Shown here: in pieces, positions 40,001 to 51,100 of the stretch
How the letters are laid out: every line of letters starts with the position of its first letter
Position numbering within the stretch: the stretch's first letter is position 1
NCBI GenBank assembly: GCA_965285935.1
Contig: OZ260666.1
Location: forward strand, 7,130,001-7,194,000
Direction: 5' to 3'
Length of the DNA stretch: 64,000 nt
Source of the DNA: Ophelia neglecta
Taxonomy: Eukaryota
The notes under the pieces: model-generated
Seen by the model: only the letters and a program-made list of their open reading frames with translations
What the model was told of the DNA's origin: nothing
Database searches by the model: none
Position numbers and translations under genes: made by a program

Positions 40001-43000
40001 GGGGGGGGGGTAGGAGGGTCTGCGGGGGGGGGGGTTATCTTAAGTATAACGGCACTAACACCTACAGCATGCCCTCCCCCAATTTAAGTGCAAAAGGCCC
40101 GCCCAATTTCAGCTCGCGATAATTCACTGTTTGCAATTTACCTACAGTGAGTGGCCTTACATTCATGAGGAAATAACTCGCTGGCAATGCTCAAGGGTCC
40201 CATGGTGTCTGCTCAAGCACCGTGACCTCCTATGAGGTTACAGCAGACTGTCCTTAGTGTTAACATGGGAGCCCAGCTACTCACGGTATAAAGAATTCAG
40301 GAGCTATATGAAATCGTCACTATGCTTTCAGTGCCAGGAACATTCCTGAATAAGTGCCTGTTGAGAGGCACGAAGTAATGGTGGTAGCTATGAGAGATAA
40401 TACAATGTTTTATCACACCAGGCTCTAAGTGTAAGGCCTGAACCAAGTAACATATAGAAATCGCTCTATAAAGGAAGTGTCTGACTCTCCACACCCTCCA
40501 TAAGATGCCACTCTCCCATCCCCATGGTGGCTTTACCTGCATCCGCCCTGCCGTCCCAGCTACCACCATTCTCTTCTGGTTGTCTCCCTTAGCCTGATAC
40601 CATTATAATTGCTCCTTCTACATAACACGTACATGTTATTTCCATTACGGCTAGTGTGACAGACTGCACAAGGAGTCAGTGGGTGATGGTTTGTTAGTAC
40701 AGTAATCAAACCAATATCCACACAAACAGACATGTTGACACATACACAACCATCGAATTAGTCGAGACAATGTGGGGATGGGGAGGGCATGGGCTATGAA
40801 AAGGGGCTGTACCCAGAGGGCCTCTTGGGGTCGTTAGTCTCTCTCTCTTTACCCCTTCCCGCCACACCTTCCTCCGCTCCCCCCCCCCTCCCCCGCTCCC
40901 ACACACATAAGCCATGTCTCTTCCTGAGGTCTCCGATAGTACCCTAAGAAGTATATAAATGTTGCCTCTGTCAGCCATCAGACATCAGATTTCTCCATTT
41001 CTAGGACTCCAGAAACTATTTAAATGCAGGGCTGGCAGTTCAACCTGTGTCGTCACTCATACCGACAGCATTTTTTCTCAACCTACGGTGTTTAAAAGTC
41101 TTAATTAACAAGCTCAGAGCCGTCAGATAACGTTTCTAACAGCTGCATGTTAGCCTGCTACCGAGCTAAGTTAAGCTGATTAACCGTCAATAAGACTGGG
41201 AGTCTGATTAGATTCGCAGAATATAATCATATTGGTTTTCCGAGAATTAGCTCTGTTTTCCGTTCGTAGTAATAGTATATTTCTGACCGCAGCCATCCCT
41301 TAAACCAAGAACTGTTCGCAAATCAGGAAAATGTTTGCTAAACTAATTTCCCCTTTGATTATATTGTTGACCTGAATTATGGACACAATATTGTCGCGTA
41401 GTGTGTTGAGCAGTGATCTTCAGTGAAAATTAGGGCTACCATAGAAAAATCTCGATCATGAACCTGTTTTTGGCCAGGATAATGTTTTGCTAATTTCACG
41501 ATTTCTGCTTAAGGTAGTGAGTGTCGCTTGTATTCCAAGCACTGATTAAAGAAACACTGGTAGGGTATGGCATGGCCATCGGTGTGGGATAGATTTCTCA
41601 TATCAGATTTATGTGGGCTAAATGGTGTGGTGAATAAAGGGTTGTGATTCGTGGTCGCGTTGTGGTTATGTGAGGCCGTTGCCTATCGCCCATAGATACC
41701 CCTCTGGGGGGAGGGGGACTTGGGAAAGCAGAAATCATCTTAATTGCCGAGGTCGACGTTAGACCTATCTCTTATAATAACCAGTCTATACCAAGTCACT
41801 GATACCCAAGGTTTGTCCCAACCAGCGGTTTTCCCACGCCGCATGTTGGTTTCCTAGACAACACAGCAGCCGTGAGACATACGACACCAGCTATTGTGGC
41901 CTATGACGTCGTGGGAAGTGTTTTTTGTGTGAAGCAAGCACAGCTATTGACATTGCTATCCCAGACTTGTAGACATACATTTGGATAATGTGTATACTGT
42001 CTACAGCTTGTATCAAAATACTTGCTCATTTTCTGTATGTACAGCTTCTATCCTAATACTTACTCCTGTCGTGTATCTACAGCATGTATCAGAATGACTG
42101 CTCCTGTGTAATTTGCGTTTACTTTCTTGTACACACTGTATAGCTGACAGAATCTAGAAACAGGACCAAGCTTTTGATACACGCTGTATTTGTCTGAATC
42201 AAGAGACAAGACCAAAATTTATGATATACACTGTATATGTGTCAGAATCAATAAACTGAGGCATTTTTCTGATACACTCTGTATAACTGACAGAATCAAG
42301 GGCGCCCCTTTGATAGACTGATACGCACTTGTACACATATACAATTTACAGCTCACCGTTGGTTATATATAGTCTGAGTGACTGATCTTGAATGGAGGGG
42401 TGCTCCCGCCATGGCATCGGAGCGGGAAGGACGGAAGTCTTACTTCATCGATTTGTGGTATACATTAGAGACATATGGCACGGTGGTCAGACACAATAAC
42501 ACGTCCTGGACATGATTACAGAAAGTCAGGATAGCAGTAAGTGGGCAAAGAGCGCACGCCATTCTGTCGATTACAGCCCAGTGAGACATATATAGTAAGT
42601 TATAGGATCCTGCGCCCATTTTTAAAGAAGTTGCCGAGACACTGTGCCGTGACCTGCTAATACATGGTTCTACTGGAGATGCTGGACTAAGACGCAGTGC
42701 TAAAACAAAGTGCTAAGATCCCGTTCTAAGGCGTTTACTTAAGACACTTTGCTAAAATGAATCGTGGTTTAAACACTTTGATTCTGGTAAGGTATTCTAG
42801 GAAGCATCTTACTAGAAAGGTATTAAAGGTATGAGACTTATTGGTATAGCTATAGTAAGGGCAGAATATCCGCTCTCCCTCCCAGACCCCTAGCACTACA
42901 AAGGTATTGTAGTTTGATTGGTAACACATTCGTATATGGTGATTTATTGTTTTGCTGCCCAGTCCGACCGCTACGACAATAGACAAAGATGATTCGCTTG

Positions 43001-43610
43001 GGATTTGGTAACACACAGTGCAAGGAATAACGCTATTAAAACATACTCTGATGAAAGACATCAGTTATTTATAGACAATATATAGGCTTCCAAATAATAA
43101 ACACAGCTACAATCATACAAGACAAGACACTGGTCGTGTATATCCTTAAAGACTGATACAGGAGTACGTTAGCAGATGTTACATGTAGAAAGCTGATTAG
43201 AAGATATATGATTGGATACATTAATTCAAGATACTGTCTTACAGTCACCGACATTCTTCTGGAATGAACCTGAGTTACTCTGAAGTGCCCTGAGATTCTC
43301 GAGTGAGTCCGTTGTTACTGTTAGACACACTGATGATCCTCTGAAGGTACTCTGATCCTTAAGCCAGAAGTTATTCTGAAAAATTCAGAGGCACCGTCGA
43401 TATACTGTTAAGATATTGTGAGATACTCACTGGATATACTTTAAAGATACCTTGGATATATGATTGTTATTTCTGACTCAAAGTGACAGCTATCGCAGTT
43501 CACGGACTCAAATGTGTTACACTTTATATAATGAGCGAAATTCATTTCACAATCTGTAACATCCCATAGTGATAAATTGTGTATTATAACTTGGATATAG
43601 TTAAGCATTG

Positions 43611-43646
43611 GTTACCATAGCAACCATTACATGGTAGCCTGGTAAC
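43611..43646. promoter_or_regulatory. Two adjacent RFX X-box motifs
   Basis: GTTACCATAGCAAC (43611-43624) and GTAGCCTGGTAAC (43634-43646) fit GTNRCC(N0-3)RGYAAC; immediately 5' of the 43648 ATG. Confidence 0.5.
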
Positions 43647-43647
43647 C

Positions 43648-43701
43648 ATGACATCGACTGCAGGGATCGTTAAGGTTTCCTCCCACGGCAAGAATTCTGA
43701 C
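43648..43701 (+). CDS. Candidate proximal first coding exon MTSTAGIVKVSSHGKNSD
   Basis: accATG context, 18 open codons, consensus donor GTAAGT in phase 0 matching the 44989 acceptor; length typical of DPP6/10 variable N-termini. Confidence 0.6.
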
Positions 43702-44988
43702 GTAAGTGCAGACCAAGGTTATTACGTACAGTTTGTTATTTGTCTTCCCATGATAGCTTCTTGTGTGGTGTATATGAGATGTATCCATGTACAGATATTA
43801 AATTGATCCATATTGCAGACTTTGTATATGGGACGAAACCCTCTTCAGGTATTAAGGTCAACCATCTCCCGGAACCTATTGCTTATACATACAATCCTAA
43901 CAAAACTAATATCAACCACGCAGAAAAAGTCAACCTCCATAAGTGAGTGCCTAACGGACAAAGCATGAGAATTATCTAGATTTTTTATTTATTTACTAAT
44001 TAAAGAGGAGATAGTGGGGGCGCATATTCATTACGGTCCGAAATATTGTGTTTGGATTTTCGATAATGGGCGGGGAAAGAGGTTTGAAAGGGCTCGATGG
44101 GAGGATGATGTGTACAAGAGGGCCTGGCTGGGGGTGGGGGTGCTGGCTGCGGTTGCGGGCATGTTCTCGTTAACCGCTGAATAATCGCCTACCTAAAATA
44201 AATTACATCTATAGCTGTGTGAATTATTACAGAAGTAATGTGTATAACTATTATTCCGATTAATAGACTTTCATAGTCTCCACAATAATTCATCATTTAA
44301 ATGGCCTTATTATTGCAAATATTCGAGAAATCAAAAAAATATAAACTTAAGTCTTTATCAATTAATACAATGTGTCAAAGAATAGAAGCATTCTTAACTA
44401 AAATAATTTCAGGAGTGAAAGGGAAAGTTTTCTTTGTCTGCGTGGTATTCACTTTCTCTCTTGCAATCCGCTACTAAGGAAGTGTAATTTTTCACCTGAA
44501 ATGTCATTACCTTATTGCCTTTTTGAAAGAAGCGTTAGAACACACCTAAAGACCCCCACCCTCTTGTGTTTTTGGTTTTCCCAGAGACCTCCCATAAGGT
44601 CTTTCACCCCTGAATATTAATGACTAGTATCAAAGTTGATGTGCAGCGTATGACTGTAATGTTTCGATAGAACTCTCCATACGTCCCCATAGACATAGGT
44701 GTCTGAATAATACATCACATCATTACCAGCAACAGAATCCCCGTATGCATCCCACTTGCCAAGAATGCGGCATTAATATTAATGTGGCGTGCACATATTT
44801 CACATAGCCGCATTATTAAATTTGTTATTTTCTAACCTGAAAACACCAGTTTAGGAGTATGACTGCTGTAAGCAGGGTAGTATTTCTTCACTGATGACAT
44901 TATGTTAGAATGCGATCAAGTCTCGTTTTTTTTCCAGCCCATATGCCTCCTCTTTCTCTGATAATAATTTATTTTTTGTCTTTCCCAG

Positions 44989-45103
44989 GAATTGGTCGGC
45001 AGCAATGAGCCAGAAAGGAACTGGAGAGGAATCCTCATTGCCATCTTGGTCATCCTCATAGTGCTTTCTCTCATCGTGGTCGCCGTCATTCTGGTCACAC
45101 CCA
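44989..45103 (+). CDS. DPP6/10-like exon: juxtamembrane segment and signal-anchor TM ([38 protein letters not shown])
   Basis: Acceptor tttttgtctttcccag, donor gtaagt; phase 0 in, phase 1 out; closely resembles vertebrate DPP6/10 [22 protein letters not shown]. Confidence 0.95.
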
Positions 45104-48100
45104 GTAAGTATTATCCATGATAACTTCCTGGTAGTAGTATATTTTTACTGTTATACTACTCCAAGATAAAATTCTTATAACAATGCCAAACAAATTACCA
45201 TTTCACTCATCCTTCTTACCGTTACTCTTGACTCTGCTAAACCATTCCTTCTTAGGAATCCTATGCCTGAGCCAGAGCGCCACTAGCTCCTAACCCAATG
45301 ACCAAGAGCATCCCCTGTCTCCAAGCAACCTCTGTCTCCAAGCAATCCCTGGTTACTAGGGGTCTTGTAGTTCCCAGGAACCCCAGTCTCCACGACAATT
45401 TGGGTGTCTGCAAGCAGCCCTTGGTTTTTTTGATCTCTGGTTCCTAGGGGTCTCTGGTTCCTAGGAATCTGGTTCCTATGGTTCTCTGGTTAGTAGGATT
45501 CTCTGGCACCTAGGAGCGACTGGGTACAATGGCAGCCTGGATTACACTTTCTCTCGCTGGAAAATAATTAACTTGTCTCTCTAATGTCCAGCATTAAGAG
45601 CTCAGGGCGATTCAAAACACGTTTTATGAAGTTGATCGTCGGGTCTACCGCTCCAAAATCCGTGCTGGCCTCGTTTGCATCGTTTTGACGGGGAGGGTGT
45701 TGGGATAAACGGGACAAACAGAGGTAAGGGTTAGGGTTAGGCCACCTGTCTTTCCGCAAGTTGCTCCATAGAGTGTGTTTAGGGCGTTTAGAGTTGGCCA
45801 CTTGCTTTCTAGTTATACGCAACTCATATATTACTCATATGGGTAGCTGCCTGCATTTCTCAAGTTGAGTCTGATAGCAAGAGAGCTGGCTCCACTATTG
45901 AGAACAATACGAGGAATTATTGTGTCTCACCACAATCATTAGCAATTCCATGATTTGTAGAGGGTGAGTACATTATGGGGCTAAATTGGCTGATGGTAAG
46001 AGTTTATTATTTCTTCTAATCAACATCTAATGGGCGTGCCAATTAAGTACGGATCACATTTAGGCGAATGATGACAGGACATGAGAGGAGCTTGAGTGAG
46101 AAGGACATGAAATAGGAGGTGTCTTTATAGATCTCTAATGGCCATGTCAGGCGCTGAAAGGAGCCGGTCTTGAAGAGAACAATTTCTAGGAACTGTCTCC
46201 ATTCAGGGTTTATTACAAGTATACATGTATGAATGTTGCCATTAGCAAGAGTAGTTTATTACTTAATACATAGGACACTTACCGAGAGTGCGTACGCTGG
46301 CGGATTATTGTTAATGTTCTATATAAATTAGTGCTTTCCTGCAGGTATTGTGACTTCAAATTGATGCTATTAGGAATGTGCTTCTTGGCCAGTGATTGCC
46401 ACGGTTATTGGCAGCCATGTTATCTGTGACCGGCAGCCACTTGAGATTACTATAGTCCAGCAAGTGTCTATAAAGCTTCAGAGAGAGGCCTTCATTCTGA
46501 GTGGCTATGGTAGCTGATTTCTGTATGGTTGTTTTTACACTCATGATTATCTGCCTATTACACTTTCCCAGCCACTACTATATTGGAGAACAGGTGACCG
46601 ACCCGCGCTATTTACTGGTGTTTTTAACTTTTTTTATTAAGTGCAAAGTGGGTTTCAAAAGCAGGTGTGCTACTTAATGCTGAGTGTGAGGTGTCAATGA
46701 CAGGCTCTAGGGAAGGGCGACTCTGGGATAGAGAGGCAAAGTGGTTCGGGGTCATCACGCCTTCGGCAATAGTGAAAACAGGCGTCAAAGTGGTTAGGCG
46801 GGAAGTGTGTAGTAAAGTGGCTCTGATAACAAGACTAAGAGTAGTAAATGGTTCTTTTCTATCTGGTCAAAAGTTCAGCCTTTTAAAATACAGTTAAGTG
46901 GTGTGAGGTCTGGATTGGAATAATTACCAAGAGAAATCACACAAACAAAAACAGTTTAGGTTATTATACAAAAATTGGCACATTAGCTTCATTTGTCATT
47001 TTAAACAAATTGAAGCCAATGACTCCCTTACAATACTTGTTCATATCAAAATGATTGCTATTTCTATGGAACATATTAGTTCATTGACAAAGGGCTTTGA
47101 ACTGGGGGAGGGGAGTTATGGGGACTGGTGTATGTGTGTGTGTGTGGGGGGGGGGGGGGTAGGGTCATTAGAGGTCACTTGTACAACAACAGAGAGGTCC
47201 CGCCATTCTTGAGGCCGTTGTACAGACACAATAGGCTTTAACAGTATACTAAATAGGGCCCTTGTACAACCAGAAGGGGGCCCTTCTAAACCATGAGACT
47301 TGTGCCATGGGACTCTCTTGCCATGGGATTCTTTATCCACAATTTTTAGGGCTTAAAGGTACCACCGACCGCCCCTATCATTGATTTTATTTGGATATAG
47401 TTTCCGTTAAAGAGCAAAATTACCTTTTAATTTCATTGTTTCATGAAAAAAAAGGATGATTTCTATTAAATTCCCTTTACGTGATTGAAGTATTCCTATT
47501 TTCCCCGCACATGGGGTGTATACTTGGAGACTCGTGGCCGCTGTAAAAGTTTAGGCTTTTCTGATTTTAACGGAGAACACGTTGCCATGGTGTCACAATT
47601 TCCAACCCAGAGACACGAAATATGCAAGTTTAATTCATATTCAATTTTTATATTCATGGATACATATTTAACCAATTTATCTAAATTTAACATTCGCCTT
47701 GAGGACTTTCATCAGGCTGGAGGAGAGTCAACATTCCGTCGACGACTATCCTGTAGACAGTTAGTTGTTATTAAAGATTAAACCCTACGCAGTAAAAGAC
47801 TTCTATGGTTTGACTGACCAATTCCAGTTATCCGAGTGCTAGGGGCCATGTGCATCTGCTCACTGTGCTTTTAAAACCTTGCAATATAACCAGTTATACT
47901 CATAAACATGCTGGCGTCTGTCGTTTTTGTTGCATTAGCAGATGGATACAGGCTTATAGTGTTTTCCCAACTGGGGTAAAACAATAATTTTGTATGCAGC
48001 CCCATACAATGGAAGCTTTCACAGTGTGCTCTTGGGGATTGAGCCTTTTGTGGGCGATTCCAGGCAAATATATGCATGTTGTCAGTTTTATGAATACGAG

Positions 48101-51100
48101 GAGCTGAGAGCATGTCAGAAGTTGTAAAGATGGGGCATTATTTATCTCCTTGCCGCGCACAGCCTGGTACCTAATAAAGTGTGTCTAGAGTCTGTATCAA
48201 AGACCTAAAGTCGGTTTCCGTGACCTTGAGTCGGTATCCGTGACCTGGAGTCGGTATTCGTGACCTTGAGTCGGTATCCGTGACCTAAAGACGGTATTCG
48301 TGACCTTGAGGTGGTATCCGAGACCTGGAGTTTGTATCCAAGCCCTAGACTCTATATCCGAAAACTCTGCATCATTATGACTCTGTATCTGAGACCTAGA
48401 GTCGGTATCCGAGGTCTACAATCTATATCCAGCCCTAGAGTCGGTATCCGAGGTCTACAATCTATATCCAGCCCTAGGGTCGGTATCCGAGGTCTACAAT
48501 CTATATCCAGCCCTGGAGTCGGTATCCGAGGTCTACAATCTATATCCAGCCCTAGAGTAGGTGTCCGAGACCTCGAGGCTGTATCCGAGACCTAGTGCCG
48601 GTGTCCGAGACCTAGAAGCTGTGCCCGAGGGCTTGATTCTGTGCCCGTGGGCTTGAGTCTGTATCCAAGCCCTAGATCTAGAGTGGTTTTCCGATGCTTC
48701 GAAATGGTATCCATGACCAAGATATGGTGTCCGAGATCTAGACCTTACTTTTAGCTATGTCTTAGGGACTCTGTATCATACATAAGACCAACCTATTTTT
48801 CTCAATCCGCACCTCCCTACTAGTTTATAAGGAAATGTTCGTTTGGTCAGCGTTATATTCCGTCAATCCCCCCCCCTACCGCAACATACGGCCCCCTCGC
48901 CGCCCCCCCCCCCCCCCGCCAACTACCGCCCTTACTACCCTCCCAACCGCCCCATGGGATACTTAGCTGAAATCCTTCCTCGCCTACCTCCAACCTCGTA
49001 GCCAGTTCTGTTCCGGTCAGTCCAGAGAAGCCAAAGAATTCCTTTCGGTGAAGATTTAAACAAGCAACGTTCAGTGTTTTGTTCCAGGGGACTCCTCTCA
49101 AGTACTGTTGGAGTCTTTCTCCTATAATAATGTGTTTTCTGTTCCGATTGACTCCTCAAGAATGCTGTTGGAACCTTTTCATTTAGAAATGTTTTTTTTT
49201 TCTGAAGACCTTTCGCTAATGTAGGGAGGCCTTTTTCCTTAGACAATGTTGTGTTTTGTGTTTCCGAGGACACTTGTAAAAAGCGAGCAGAGTCTTTCTC
49301 CCACCAAGACAAGTAAATAATGTTGTCTTTTGTGTTCCAGAGGACTCGTCTCGCGTTCTGGGGGAGCCTTTCTCCTTTCACGACCTATTCGATCCAGACA
49401 ACCAGCCTCTCAAGTTCAATGCCAAATGGATTGGAGGTAGGTCAATCTGTTAACAAAACTATATTAATTATTAAATAGTCTTATAAACTAAAAAAGACAG
49501 TGATGAAATTAAATATGTATAAAAACAAAATGTTTTATCAATATTATTATTATGTTGGTATTTATTAAGTACAATTTTCCCTCAACACATGTCAAATATG
49601 TATAACATATAAATATAGAATGTGATTATATGCCACAAGAGTTACTGGAATAACGCTTATTTATAAATGATTTATCCTGGGAATGGGAAGTTGGAGAATC
49701 ATCGTGTTAACGTACCGCAGACTATGAAGTATATATTTTCCCCTTTTTGTCTACAAGTAGGACATGTTTTGATTTGAAGTAGTATTACTGAGCCTTACTC
49801 TTGTTACAGAGCGAAACATCTACGTGTACAGGAATCGTCAGGGAGAGCTTATGGAATATAACGCTGATCACAATACTACTCAGTTTATCATGGACAACTC
49901 TACCTTCGTAAGGATACTACTTATATCAAATAACAATACCTCTACTACTTATATGAATACCACTTATATCGAAGAAAAATACTATATTCATAATCAGATT
50001 ATAAAGGGTTTACGGAGTACAGAGGCGGGTGAATTAGTTCTGGGGCCAATAATAAGAGGGTACATGTTCTGATATTTACAGCTACTGTTACTGATATTTA
50101 TAGCTATTATATTGAAATACACTATGGAAACAGAATTGGTGTTATGTTATATCCAAGGCTGTATTTAAGCATTAAAACATTTAGCTTGAAAACGAGCAAT
50201 GTTTAAAAGTACACAGACAAAAAATATTGAAACAAGGGATTATTTTGATTAAACAAATGATCCAGAAAATGTTTGTACATATTGAATGTAGTGTACAGAA
50301 AACTGTATAGTAGAGAGTTTACTTATTAATTGTGGTTTACAGTACATTGTATAGTAGAACTCTTACATATTATTTGTGGTTTACATAATACTATTTTTGT
50401 AGATAGTTTACATGTTAAGTGCGTGTTGGTGTATACGTTATTGTAGAGTGGTCACGTACTATATGTTGTTTACAGTTCACAATATTATAGACAAGTTACA
50501 TATTTAGGACAATGTTTACATGTCGTTTCAGCGTGAACTGAACACAGACTTCTGGGAGATGTCAGAGGACCTTCAGTATGTCCTGATCGCCTTCGATAAA
50601 CGTCACGTGAGTATACTACTAACATTTAATCGGATAACACAAAAGATACTTTATAAAATCATTCTGACCGTCAACATCAATATCGACTGTCCACTAACAG
50701 ACAGCCTCAAGTTGTCTTGAAAAATACAATTGTCTATGCAAACTATGTATGTCATTTCAGGTATGCTATTTAATAACAACTAGTTATATATTTGTCTTTT
50801 CAGACGTTTAGACATTCTTTCAGTGCTAGTTATACCATTTACAACAGATTTGCCTCAAATCCCAAAGAGTGAGTCCATAATTATTCGTTGTATAGCATAT
50901 GAAAATACATTATTGTATATAATTGCCCGGACAAAATTCATTTACCATATTGAGACATACATCACGAGAACTGTTTATGCAGTGCTGCACCCTGCTAGAT
51001 TTAAATCTACGCTGATCTTGATGATGTCATCTCTGACTGGCCCTATTGATCACAGCACTATTTGAACACCGTATAACTACTAACAGCTTGTATACTGCTT

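Noticed and set aside
41759-41806. Short similarity to 58658-58705 (ttaga.ct...tataataaccag...ctgatacc)
   Set aside because: Too short and AT-rich to support by eye; at most an old repeat fragment.
42392-42600. ATGs followed by two GTAAGT donors as a first coding exon
   Set aside because: The phase-0 frames needed to join the 44989 acceptor have stops and no ATG; it could at most be non-coding.
81-44900. The many 60-163 aa ORFs in the supplied track upstream of the gene (e.g. 9795-10286, 2991-3428, 417-857, 38682-39086)
   Set aside because: No recognisable domains; many start at non-ATG codons or are translations of minisatellites and poly-C/G runs.
47353-47875. Possible TTAA-flanked MITE starting TTAAAGGTACC
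   Set aside because: I could not find a matching inverted right end.
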